A stretch of 64,000 bases of DNA from Camelus dromedarius. Lineage: Eukaryota. Below, in pieces: positions 13,650 through 25,953 of this stretch. The stretch's first letter is position 1. Every line of letters starts with the position of its first letter. The position numbers and the translations under genes are program-made. The stretch lies in NCBI RefSeq assembly GCF_036321535.1, contig NC_087436.1:19160001-19224000 (forward strand). Direction: 5' to 3'. Under the pieces are notes generated by a model, which worked only from the letters and a program-made list of their open reading frames with translations, made no database searches and was not told where the DNA came from.

Positions 13650-13850
13650 CGAAAATAAGCAGGATTCAAAGTCCAATAAACCCAGTTCAAATTCTTTCTC
13701 CTCCCCCAACTCTAGAATGGCATGTACTAGAGAGAGTTCCTCAACCTCCCTGCACCTGTTTCTCATTTGTACCATGGGAGTATTAATATTTACCTCCAAG
13801 GGATCTGAGAAGATTAAATGTACCAAGAATATAAAACACTCCACACATGT
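13650..13850 (+). mobile_element. MIR SINE
   Basis: 'ctcaacctccctgcacctgtttctcatttgtaccatgggagtattaata...gagaagattaaatg'. Confidence 0.65.
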
Positions 13851-16800
13851 AGTTTTTGCCCACCGTTGGCAAGTGACAAGGCACCAAGCCACAGGGACTG
13901 GGGTTCAGGAGTGGAACTTCTGATGGAAGCATGTTGATGGCATCAAGGTAGGTCTCCCAACTTTCAGTTAAGTAGGGACCTGACCAGGTACCAAGACAGA
14001 GATGCAAGCAAGAAAAACAAGACAGAGATGCAGCTCCAAGGGCTGGGACATATGCTGGGGGCTTGGTCTCAAGGCACACGGCAAGAGCCTGGGCACTTTT
14101 CACAAAGGTTAAGATCAGAATATGATCAGTGGCAAAGTGATGTGATACCAGGCTCATGCCCTGGTAGACCAGGGACAGGGTGGGGACTGGGACTGGGAGA
14201 GTTCAAAGTTGCTCACTGGGGGGGCCCCAGCAGGGAGGACGGCAGGGCTCAGAAAGCAGAACGACTAGCACATTAGTACAAAAATGATCTTTGGGGCTCT
14301 ATAATACTCCATTTCTAAGTATTGATAAATAATTTGAAAATGCCATATCTACTGGTAGTTTTCTGGTTTATCCTGTAAAGCCTAAAGCTTACTATAAGAA
14401 TGTTAACAGCAGTTTGTTTTGCCATTTTATTTTCAGCTCATATGTTATTTCAGAGCTGATCAAAGACATTGGTTGTGAAGTATAAAATAAATCACACTTC
14501 TAAATAAACCACTAAAGAGTGTTAAATTGATTTAAGTGAGTTTAGGAATATTAATATTTAAAACATCTCTGTCCTAAGCCTCTTTATGACTACCTATAGT
14601 GATAATAACTACCATTTCATTCTACCATTCTTCATTTTATAATATTACATAGTAAACAATGCAAAAATATTATTTCTTAGCACTGGAATAGAAGTGTAGG
14701 GTTTCAGCTGTTAATTTATGTTTAAATATCTTGAATTTTATTCAGTTGATAAAAGTATACTCTAATGCTTTTATTATACTCTTTGCCTACGTTACGGTGA
14801 ATCAAGTGCCGTGTTTGGTTTTTATTTTTAAAGAAAACTTTCCCACTCACATTCCTTTGCAGTACATTTGATTTTAAGCAGCATTTATTTCAGGATTAGT
14901 CCCAGTCTTGAGAAATTTTCTTACTGCACAATTTTCACATCTGTGGCTTATTTGAATATATTGTTAAAATTGCATACGTGCTTTTCCTAGATTTTTTTTT
15001 CCAATATACAGAGGAAAAACCTGGTATCTGCAGTGTACATAGAAATATCAGTGAATGTCCCTCAGTGGGAGGATCTGGGCACCAAAGCATCCCATGCATC
15101 CACTTTTGGTGGTAGAGTCACCTGGGCTGCACGGCATGACAGCCAGCTACGTGAGCTCAGACACGCCGGCGATGAAAGCAGCCCGAGGTCTGCATCACAG
15201 CGCACGCATTCAAAGGCATGAACCGCATGCATCTGTACTTACCTGGGTCCCCAGCCTTGCCCAGGACTCGTGCATCCTTTTCTTCTCCGCCTTGACCTGT
15301 CTTCTTCTTTTTCTTTTTCTTTTTTTTTTTTTTTTGTACTTCAGCAACCTCCCTTTTCCTTTCCAAGTCACCTCCATCTGCTCGTGCGTCAGCGTGGCCC
15401 TCCTGCCACGCGGCTCACTGAGGAATCCATGTCATCCTCCCTGCCTCCGCTCAGCACCATCGCCTGCCTGTCACTGCTGAGCGCTCTGCGCCACACTGGC
15501 TTGTTTTGTCAATAACCATTTATTTGTTGCTGGAATAGTAGCAGCCATTACATCTGACCTCCCTGTTCCATCAATTATGGATAGATTATTGGATGTGAAC
15601 ATCTGCAGAAGCTTGCTGTTGAGCTCACCTCCTGGCTGGGATTAGATAAAGTACTAAACTGTTGTTTATTGTCAGGCCAAAACTCTACTGGGGAGGCAGG
15701 GAATTCCAAGAGTAGCAGAGCCCCCTCAGAAGGACCAAAAAGCGTTTCATATTGCCACCGTTTCCCCTAAGATTCCAGCCATTTATTATTTACACTTATT
15801 ACGCGTTGTTATAACCTACTTGATAAAAGCTCTTGGCAGGCATAGCATTTTCAGTCATTGTCACATCTGTCAGAATGGAAATGACTCATAAATTGTTTTC
15901 TTGTCTCTTCTATCACGGTGAAAGGGTAATAGATGAAGCTTCCTCTGTGTGCAGGCATTCAGCGGAAGACTTTCCTACCATGTTTTATTTTAAAGAAACG
16001 TGTTCACACAGTCTGATATGAAAGAATTACATCATGGATCTAAATTAGGGTTTACCGAGTTTACCAGAATAATGGCCTGTGGTGGAAAGGATATCAAATT
16101 GTACAGAGACAATATGCTCAAAATGTTTTTCAGGGCTTTTATGGATTTCTGAGAAGGGGGAACCAAAATGAGATTTTATTGAATCCTGCCTTAAATGAGG
16201 AAGAAATCTAGGAAGAGGGATTATGAATAGAGGATGGCTTTACCACCAGGGAAAAGACAAATCTCCCGGTGGTAATTGGTTCATGGAGAAATATAGAAAT
16301 TTTCACTGTATTAGTGTTTATTAAAACCTCCTAGATAATTACTCACTAATATAGAACACTCCTTGACCCTTGCCTGCAGAGCCAGAAACCATTTTGTGCA
16401 AAATGGTCAAATGAAGTAGGCTGGGAAGTGGTCACTTTTGGGGGAAGATAAAGAACTTGGTTTGTCACCAAGCTGACTTTTCACCACATACCTCTCTGTC
16501 TTAACTTGTTGCTCGTGAAGGTGGAAATGTCATTCTAGATTAAAAGAAAGAGAAAAAAAAATCTTATATTTCTTCCACAGACCGGAAGAATTATTCCTCA
16601 AGATACCTCGATGAATCGAGCATAATTTCAGCCTCTGATCCATCTGTCCTCACAAGGGCTCATAATGGGAGAAACCTATTTATTTGGCAGTATGACTGGA
16701 TGAAACGCACACATTGAGATAGGTAGGGGTTCTGATGTCATTTTAAAATGTCATTTAAGTCCTCCTTTAGGCTTGTTTGCTATACTTGAACTCTCCAGGA

Positions 16801-17099
16801 TTGGCTGTTCACTGAAAATTTTCACATACTTTCCATTACCACAGTGATAACATGCCATATTTTTTCCTCCTTGAGTGAGATATAATGCAAAACAGTATAT
16901 CATATAATATAATTAATATATAATAAGCTCTAACATCTGTATAGCATATATTAGTATTATGTAATACTTAGTGTATGAGCTTATTTTTCTTTAAGCCAAG
17001 TAAATTGCTGTATGTAATATTATAGAATACAGCAGCTCATTATATCCACATTAATGTTTCGGCAGATATGCCACACCAGCACCTTCCAAGGGCTCTACT

Positions 17100-17270
17100 C
17101 TATTCATTTAACAATATTCTATGTTAGCATAAGACTAAGAGCTAGGGATACAATGAAGAGCAAAATAGATATTGTTCCTGATCCAGTGGCACTTAGATCT
17201 AATTGGAAAGAGATAAATATTATATAGGTAGTTATATATGATGCTTTGGTAAGCTCTGGAACAGCACAAA
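17100..17270 (-). mobile_element. LINE-2 3' end fragment
   Basis: 'tattcatttaacaatatt...ctaagagctagggatacaatgaagagcaaaatagatattgttcctg'. Confidence 0.6.
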
Positions 17271-17271
17271 G

Positions 17272-17273
<2 letters not shown>

Positions 17274-17312
<39 letters not shown>
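17274..17312 (+). repeat. (TG)n microsatellite, about 19 units
   Basis: Perfect dinucleotide run. Confidence 0.97.
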
Positions 17313-17314
<2 letters not shown>

Positions 17315-17811
17315 ATAGGTAGAGAGAGAGTTTTGGGTGAATGGAAATTTTTTGAGAGGCATTTCTATCCTTACACCTTTTGAAAATACAGTATAGACTT
17401 CAAGCATGTGAGAGGTTAACTATCAATTCTAATTCAGTTTATAAATTTAAGGATAATATTGAACTTTCATCAAATTTTTTAAAAATTTCAGACTGTAAAA
17501 ATGTTTGCTATGTTTGAAGAGCGCTGATGCGCTGATCAGGGCATTCATAACAATTGCTATTTAATATGAATCAAAAGCTTCTTAGATTTAGCTCTCCTTG
17601 CCATCACCTATACCATGGTAGGGACATTTTTTGAAGGCAGATCCTTCAGAATGTTCAAGATTTTTCAAATGAGGAGGAACCATGAAAATAAATTTTCACC
17701 TGAGTCAAATGACATCATTTGTTTCTCTTTTATAAAAAAAAAAAAATTTAACATAAAATAAATTTGTCAGAGATTTTAAATCCAAAGATAAATTATTGAA
17801 AACAATTAGGG

Positions 17812-18162
17812 CATTTTTTTAATTTTAATGGAAGTATAGTCAGTTAAAATGTGTCAGTTTCTGGTGTACAGCAAAATGTTTCAGTCATTCATATACATAC
17901 ATATGATTGTTTTCATATCCTTTTTCATTATAGGTTACTACAAGATATTGAGTATAGTTCTTTGTGCTATACAGAAGAAATTTTTTTAATCTATTGTATA
18001 CATAGTAGTTAGTATTTGCATATCTCGAACTCCCAATTTCTCCCTTCTCACCCTCTTTCCCCCCCGGGTAATCGTAAGTTTGTTTACTGTGTCTGTGAGT
18101 CTGTTTCTGTTTTGTTGGTAAGTTCACTAGTGTCTTCTTTTTTTCTTTTCTTTTTTTTTTTA
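17812..18162 (-). mobile_element. 5'-truncated LINE-1 3' end
   Basis: 'gaagtatagtcagtt...tctggtgtacagca...ttttcattataggttactacaagatattgagtatagttc...gtgagtctgtttctgttttg'. Explains ORF 17885..18127. Confidence 0.85.
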
Positions 18163-18239
18163 CATCTTAAATTACTAAATATGGAAATGTAGAGTCTAAA
18201 ATCAAAATCATATTTTTGGAAGGGAGAATTCTAGATCTT

Positions 18240-18385
18240 TGGTCCTGCCCTGTTATCTTTCATACTTGGAAACTGAAGGTCAGGGTAACCAAGTGACCTG
18301 TCCAAGGTCACACTCTGAGTTCATGGCAGAAGAGAAGCCAAAACACATGTCTTTTAACACTCAGTCCTTTCCACCCTGGACCATA
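18240..18385 (-). mobile_element. MIR SINE fragment
   Basis: 'ggaaactgaaggtcagggtaaccaagtgacctgtccaaggtcacact'. Confidence 0.6.
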
Positions 18386-19699
18386 CAGCCATCACTTTAT
18401 GTGCTAGGTGATGTAAACAGTGTGTGTGTAACAGTCCAAGTGATGAGTAATGCATTTCAGGGAAAAGGGTACACAGTCCAAATGATCAATATAAACAGTA
18501 AGGTTTAGACTGCTCTTAACTTAAGGATATAGTTCAGCAGAATGCAAAACATTAAACTACTTTTGTGTGTTACAGTTTACAGAGCTGCACACTTGATGGT
18601 CCTCAGTGTTCATTCAACATAACATATCTGTAGAAAAAGATCACTGTATTTATTGCATGTCAGATACCATGCCTTTGCAGAGAGTATGTAAGAGCCTTTA
18701 AGTGATGTGACACCAGTTCTGTTTACCTCCGTTTTTATCGTCTTCCCCCACTGCCTATTGCCAGCTCTAGGAAAATGCTCTGAATGCTGTTGCTGCCCAG
18801 TCTGGTCCTCAGCCTGCTACTGCAGTGCTTGTCAGAAATCATTAGCCACTGATATCTTTGACTAATGTTGCAGTTGATTGTCTGAATCATGTTCAGACAC
18901 TGCAAATGAGGCAGAAACATCCTTTCTGCTCACCAACTGTGAAATGGCTAAAGGGGATTAGATTGCCAGAAATCAGAATAAATGTATTTCCGATAAGATT
19001 TGACAATGATTTCAAGCTCAAGATGGCAAACTTGATTTTTTAATTTCTGTGCTTCTTATTGCACAAGAATAAATCTGCTATTGTTGCCTTTTTCTCCTCA
19101 AAGTAATGCACCATATTGAGTGCAGTGCTGAACTTTTGTTATGAAATGGCACGATTTGAGGTTCGTATAGGGGATGTATCACAAAATGTTACCTCTGCTG
19201 CCTTTTTTATGATGGGCAAGGAAGAAAGAAAAAAAACGGACCCTAGGCAATGGGCTCATAACTTTTTATTTACAGACTAGTCTGATGGATGCCTTTTTAT
19301 CGTTTTACAGATGTATTTTTGTCCAGGTGGGTTTATTTAAACTCCTCTAGGACTCTTAGACTTATAGACAAAATTTAGAAAGAAAATGTTCCAATGTAGC
19401 AAAACTGTTGCAGTTTCATCCTCACTTGTTTCAGAGTGTCCTGGAAGCCTCTATAAATAGTTGGAGGCTTTGAGGAGGGAACACAGCTATCTCTCAGTAT
19501 TGGAAGAACCCACACGTGGAAGAGGGATGCACTTACCCTGTACTGTCCCACACATCACAACCTTAGCGAGCAGGCAGCGTTGCAGATCTTGCTTTAACTT
19601 AACCAGTAGTTTTATTCACGTAACTCCCCGATGATTGAGTGGCTAGTCTCACGAGGGGATAGTTTCCCGTCAGGAAAACTGTTCAAGCAAAAGCCAGAT

Positions 19700-19887
19700 G
19701 AGGCTTTCTCAATAGCACACTACTGACATTCGGAGCTGGGCCATTCTTTGTTATAGGGGGATGTCGTGTAAATTGCAGGGTGTTGAGCAGCATACCTGGC
19801 TTCTCCCAATTATGGCAACCCAAAACGTCTCCAGACACTGCCAAGTATCCCCCAGGGGGCAAACTTGCCCCCATTTGAGAACCACTA
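19700..19887 (+). mobile_element. MER20 (hAT-Charlie MITE)
   Basis: 'tttctcaa...cactactgacatt...ttctttgtt...gggtgttgagcagcatacctggc...aacccaaaacgtctccagacactgccaagtatccc...ttgagaaccact' follows the MER20 consensus, with inverted ends. Confidence 0.85.
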
Positions 19888-20704
19888 GGTTAGATAAGCA
19901 CTTGGGAGAAATAAGCAGTTGTTTCATTCAAATCCTTTGTAGGTACTTTTAAATACCTCATCTCAGGAACCTTATAAAGTCTTTTTGAGGTAGACTTTAT
20001 TCGTTTCCATTTTACACCTGAGAAAATGAACTCACAGACATTAAATCTCTTGACACAAGTCACTCAGCTCAGAACTAAACCTGCCTGACTCAGAAGCCTG
20101 TGATATTTGGAGAAACTTTGAACACCCAGAGGGAGATTTGATTAATTACTCCATAAGGCCTTCCAAAGCCTGGTCTGTGCCCTCAGAGCAGGAGTCCCTA
20201 TGCTGAGTTAACTAAGGAAGAGAGCAGTGAGGGGAAGGTGTCAGTGTAAAAAGGAATGTACATAGAAAAAAAAAATACCCAAAATATGGAATAAAAAGAG
20301 AATTAGAGTTTACTGAAATTTTTGCAAAATTACATAATTGCCATCTCAGATGCACTAATGCTAGAACTTGTTTTATATAATACTTTCTATGGATTATTTT
20401 CCTACAGAAACAATAGCAGTTAGGGTCCCCAGCCAGAGCAGAGACCCACTGAAACTTCATGTCACTGATCTGTATTAGTTTGAGTTATGGATGCTCTGTA
20501 CTGTGCCAGACGGAGAAAGAAAAAATACTTCCTCTCCTTTCCCTAGGCATGGGAGCAACTCTGCATAAAACTTTGAAAACTTGGAATAATAGGAAACAAG
20601 GCAGCCAACCGCACCACTTTTGATGTGTCATATTTGAACCAAACACCTTGAGCTGCCTAGAAAGTAGACAGACAAAAACTATGAATTAAAAAAGCCCTGC
20701 AAGA

Positions 20705-20840
20705 GGGGTGGGTATAGCTCAGTGTAGAGTGCATGCTTAGCATGCACGAGGTCCTGGGTTCCATCCCCAGTACTTCCATTTAAAACAAAAACAAAACCTA
20801 TTACCTCCCCCTCTAAAAACAAACAAACAAAAACAAAAAT
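20705..20840 (+). mobile_element. tRNA-derived camelid SINE (Vic-1 type)
   Basis: A box (tagctcagtgtag), B box (gggttccatccc), A-rich tail, 18-bp TSD taaaaaagccct(gc/ag)aaga at 20687-20704 and 20840-20857. Confidence 0.85.
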
Positions 20841-22339
20841 AAAAAAGCCCTAGAAGACTCCTTTTATGGTCATATAAAGTATGAAAGTGAAGGACCTGCC
20901 TTGCCTTCAAAACAATGGTCAAGTTCTTTCTTTGTAATCAAACAGATGAATTGCCACTGGGAAGTTTTTCCATGTAAGACCGTCAGTTAAAACTGTGATT
21001 ACTTAGTCCATGTTACTAGGCACGGCGTTCTATGCGTGAACCTTACAGCAACCTTTTCTGTCGGCCATCGTTGCTTCTGTGGACCCTGGGAAAGCTTTTT
21101 CTCATTGTATCACTCATTCCACCTCTGATCCTCTGCTCAAGCTCCGCTCAATGCTGACCCAGTCCCATTATTCCTTTAAAATGCACATTGAGTTTCTCTT
21201 TCTATATGAAGCCTTTCTCAGTTGTATTTTCTTCGTTGTGCTTATGATTATCTGAAATTCACTCATTTATTACAAATTACACATTTTCTCCTCATCACTT
21301 AAATGCAGCATAGACTGCATGGGGACAGGGATTGTGCATTATTCACTGCTGTCTCATTAGCACCCGGAACAAGGAAGACACTCAGTATTTGTCTAATGAG
21401 TTAAACAACTGTTTAGCTCTTTATGCAGGATTGCAGCATTATGTAATTTCTGCATTTGTATGTCTTATTGCCTTAGATAGTAAGGTCTTTGAGAGCAGGG
21501 GTATATCTATATAATACATATATATTATGTACCTAGAATATATATACATGTGTATATATATGTATACACATAATTTTATCTTGCAGTCACGTCTAATGAT
21601 CGAATGGGATGTACTGGAAGGATTCTTTGCATTATACAGTGGTTTAAAGGTTGAGCATTATAAAGAACGTGGTAACAAGAGAGAGTAAAAATAGCATGTA
21701 GTTACCTTTTCAGGTATCAGTGACTTACACAGGCCTGATTTTCACATCTGCTGCTCCACACTCTCCTCTTCCCTGTTTTTATCTCTTCCATGCCCCTGGC
21801 ATAAAGAACATTAAGGAAAAGCATGTGGAACTTCTAGAAAATCTGAAGGTACAGAAGTAGACCTCCAAAAAGGAGGTTATAACAATCAGTATTTGCTTAA
21901 GGGATCATAGCATGAGATGGAATTTCAAGACAAGGTTGGCCTCTTTTTTTAATAACCTTTTTCCCAAATTATCCTGCCACACACTATATGAATTGTTCCA
22001 TTTCCCTTTGTTAGACTGCAAAAGACTCCTCTCAGAAGAAATGATTTGGAGCTTCAAAGCATCCTCTTTTTAAAATTACAGCTTCTTCTGGCAGAATTAA
22101 TGATCTTTGAGTCATCCATACCAAAGTATAAATTAGTTTCATCAACTACTATTCTTCTGTCACTTAACTGAGGAAATTTCCCTGGGGAAATACGAACACA
22201 CAAGGTAGGGGAGGTCTACCATAAGGAAAGAGGTCAGATGCCAAGTTATTTCAGAATTTTTCCCATGGAAGATCTTTCTTTAACCCAATTAAAAGAGAAA
22301 AAAATATTTTTCTCTCTTTTCTAAGTAGCAAACATATTA

Positions 22340-22690
22340 AAAATGAATTGAAAAAGAGTAGCATGGGAGATCATTGTACTGGTAGAACTTTTCTGTATCT
22401 TGATTGTGGTGGTGGTAACATGAATATTTACATGCAATAAAATAGCATACAGTTAACACCCCCCACATGTACGTGGGCAGGTGCACACACACACATATGT
22501 ATACAGACACAAGCGCATGTAAAACTGGTGTAAGGTGGGTGAATTGTATCAACATGAATTCCCTAATTGTGATACACTATCGAGATGTTACCATTGGGGA
22601 AAGCTGGGTTAAGGCTTTGAGTATGCTCTTCATTATTTCTTACAATTGCATGTAAATCTACAATTATCTTAAAATAAAAAGGGTTTAAAA
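22340..22690 (+). mobile_element. Old L1 (L1MC-like) 3' end
   Basis: 'ttctgtatcttgattgtggtggtggt...gatgttaccattggggaaagctggg...ttcttacaattgcatgtaaatctacaattatcttaaaataaaaa'. Confidence 0.75.
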
Positions 22691-23109
22691 CAAATGAACT
22701 GGGACACTGTTTCCTTACAATGATTGGTTGGACAGAGGGGTGGGGAGAAGATCCCATCTAATTTTGGAAAATCAGTCCAGGAGTGATAATCATCACAGTG
22801 GTTAAAGTAAGTTTCAGTTTTGAAAGCAGTTATAAAAACCATGATTTCTAGAATTTCTTCTGTTTTAACATTGTCTGAAATAAGGAGACCATAAGACAGA
22901 GATTGCAGTGAGGTAAGGAATGGGAAAACAGAGGAAGAGAAGAAGGGGATCAGTATCCAAGAGTTTATTTTCTTTTGTTCCAAGGCACCCTCACAACTGG
23001 AAATCCTAAAGATGTAAAAGAGAGAAAGCAATTGTTGTCTAATATTGTTAGATGTAATAATGGCTTCATAGTGTCCTGCCTTAAAGGTGCCAAAGCTCAA
23101 GCACAGAAT

Positions 23110-23222
23110 TTATTTATTTTTTTAAATTGAAGTATAGTCAGTTACAATGTGTTGATTTCTGGTGTACAGCACAATGTCCCAGTCATGCATATGCAAATTA
23201 TACATATTTTTGTTTTCATACA
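23110..23222 (-). mobile_element. Very short L1 3' terminus followed by TA-rich low-complexity sequence
   Basis: 'aattgaagtatagtcagttacaatgtgttgatttctggtgtacagcacaatgtcccagtcatgcatat'. Confidence 0.75.
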
Positions 23223-24219
23223 ATCTCTCTATATAGATATAGATATATACTAGTGTTAGTGTATACCTATCTATATAAACACACTATATATACATATATA
23301 TGTATATACTATTCATTTTGTTGACAGGTGACAATCTTGACTTAAATCCAATGCTCCCTTGAAAGCTATTGCAACAAAATAAATTAATGATTCTTAAAAT
23401 TTGACTTTATAGCAAACAATTCTTTAAAGAACTTGTAGCATACTGCCAGAATTATTCTTTTGCACACTCTCATTTTTTTTATGCTAGGTATTCTATTGGT
23501 TTTGCTTTTAGGTAACCAATAGAAATTATCTCATTTTAAGAACTTGGATTTTATTGGAAAATATCTTTTCAAGTAAATCAATTTTATTCTAGTGGAAAGA
23601 TAAAGTCCATGCCTTTAAAGCTTCTAGTAAAATACCTTTCAAAACTTCATCTCCATTATTCACTGAAATTGGAACAATGTGATCAAGTGGCTACACAGCA
23701 TTCAATTTTTATTAGGTACAGGAACTGACTTTTCCAACTTTGGTAATCTTGTAATCATGTTCATTGAAATCGACATAGTAGCATGCTTAATCAGTGTTTT
23801 CCTTTGTCTTTTTACAAAAGTTAATTTCATTGTTCATAAAATTTAAGGATATACACTGAATTTTCAACTCATCAAAATATTTTGCACCTGAGATTATTTT
23901 TTCTCTCCTACCTTTGATTTGCAATAATAGAATTTAACCTTCCAGACCTTGGATTTGTTTCTAACATACTGCATGCCACAGGGATATTTAGTCAAGTACT
24001 ATGGATTCCTCAGATTTCCACACTGTATTTTCCCACTTAAAGTATTCTTTGTAAAGAGGATTCCACTATTTATCTAATGATTAAAGTTGATCAATATTTA
24101 ATAATTTATAAATTATACCTTAATTAAAAAGCAGGTAAAGTAACTTACCATAAGATCAATATAAAACATCTTTATTTTCCACAGAATTTAGGGTTTTTTA
24201 GAGATATTTGATATTCATG

Positions 24220-24860
24220 CTTTTTAAAATTGAAGTATAGAATATTGTGTTAGTTTTAGATATACAGCAAAATGATTCAGTTACATATATTTTTTCAGAT
24301 TATTTTCCATTATAGGTTATTGCAAGATATTGAATATTGCTCCTTGTGTTATACAGTAAATATTTGTTGCTTATCTATTTTATATATAATACCCCAAATT
24401 TATCCGTCACCCACTTCCTTTCCCTTTTGATGACCCTCAGTTTGTTTTCTATGCCTGTGAGTCTGTTTCTGTTTTGTATACAGATTCATTTGTGTTATTT
24501 TTTAGATTCCATATATTAGTGATATCATATCACTTTCTCTGTCTGACTTACTTCAAAATGTTGCTGCAGATGGCAATGTTTCATTCTTTTTTACAGGTGA
24601 GTAATATTCCACTGTATATACACCACATCTTTATCGACTCATCTGTTGATGGACTCAGGTTGCTTCCATATCCTGACTATTGTAAATAGTGCTTCTGTGA
24701 ATATTGTGATGCAAGTATGTTTTTGAATTAGCGTTTTCTCCAGATAAATGCCCAGGAGTGGGATTGCTGGATCATATGGCAGCTCTATTTTTAGTTTTTT
24801 AAGGAAACTTTGTACTGTTTTCTGTAGTGATTGCACAAGTTTACATTCTGACCAACAGTT
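24220..24860 (-). mobile_element. 5'-truncated LINE-1 (ORF2 end plus 3'UTR)
   Basis: Minus-strand ORF 24639..24836 reads [21 protein letters not shown], the L1 ORF2 C-terminal motif. The L1 3'UTR follows. Confidence 0.92.
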
Positions 24861-25117
24861 ATTTTCTACATGATTAGTAATCTCATATTATTTTTCCACT
24901 TTTATATTTTTTTCCTGTTTAACAATGTCCTTTCTGTCCTCTTAGTTTGAACTATACAATTACCAATCTACTGAGTTTTGCCTTGTATTCTCCTTACGAT
25001 TTCACCTGAGTTGACTCCCCCACCAGCACTCACATTCCTGAGGAGCAGAGGCCCTGTCTTTGATCTAGGCGGGCTCCTCTACAGCACTTTCATGGTCCTC
25101 AGGGTGGGTTTCATGAA

Positions 25118-25953
25118 CAGTAGGCCCTTCTTACTCATGGTTTAGCTTCCCAAAGTTTCAGTTACCCACAGTCAACCAAGGTCAGAAAATATAAAATGGA
25201 AATTTCCAGATCTAAATAATTCATAAGTTTTAAATTGCACAGCATTCTGAGTAGTGTGACAAAATCTTGTGTCTTCCTTCTGTTCCATCCCCTCCATCCG
25301 AGATGTGAACCATCCCTTTGCCTGGCATATCCTGGCCGTTAGTCACTTAGTAACTATCTAAGTTACTGGGTTATTGTTTCAGTCTCATGGGCTTGTGTTC
25401 AGGTTACCATTATTTTATTTAATAATGGCCCGAAGTGCAAAATGAGTGATGCTGGCAGTTCAGATATACTAAAGAGAAGCCTAAAGTGCTTCCTTTAAAA
25501 GGTACAAGTTCTTAATTCAATAAGGAAAGAAAAAAAATTGTATGCTGAAGTTGCCAAGATCTGCAGTAAGAACGAATCTTCTGTCTATGAAATATGAAGA
25601 AGGAAAAAGAATCTCCTGCTAATTTTGCTGTCACATCTCAAACTGCAAAAGTTACAGCCACAGTGTGTGATAAGTACATAGTTAAGATGCAAAACACATT
25701 AAATTTGTAAGATATTTTGAGAAAGAGACCACATTTACATAACTTTATTACAGTATATTGTCATAATTGTTCTATGTTATTATCAGTTATGGTTGTTAAC
25801 CTCTTACTGTACCTAACTTATAAATTAAACTTTATCATAGGTATATATGTACAGAAGAAAACATGGTTTATAAAAGGTTCAGTACTGTCTAAGGTTTCAG
25901 GTATCCACTGGGGGTCTGGACACGTAGCCCCCATGGCTAAGGGGGGTCCACCG
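25118..25953 (+). mobile_element. MER44/Tigger7-family DNA transposon (TcMar-Tigger), internally deleted
   Basis: Ends cagtaggcccttctta... and ...taaggggggtccaccg|TA are degenerate TIRs. Transposase HTH remnant VQVLNSIRKEKKLYAEVAKICSKNESSVYE from 25502. Confidence 0.85.

Noticed and set aside
15055..15515. Overlapping ORFs (141 aa +, 81 aa +, 69 aa - with poly-K) as a small gene
   Set aside because: The poly-F and poly-K stretches come from a T tract. No recognisable domain, and the frames stay open because of local GC richness.
20705..20780. tRNA gene
   Set aside because: A and B boxes are present, but it has a SINE body, A-rich tail and TSD, and related copies occur elsewhere in the window.
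24639..24836. Protein-coding gene containing [13 protein letters not shown]
   Set aside because: This is the C-terminal remnant of L1 ORF2 in a truncated element.
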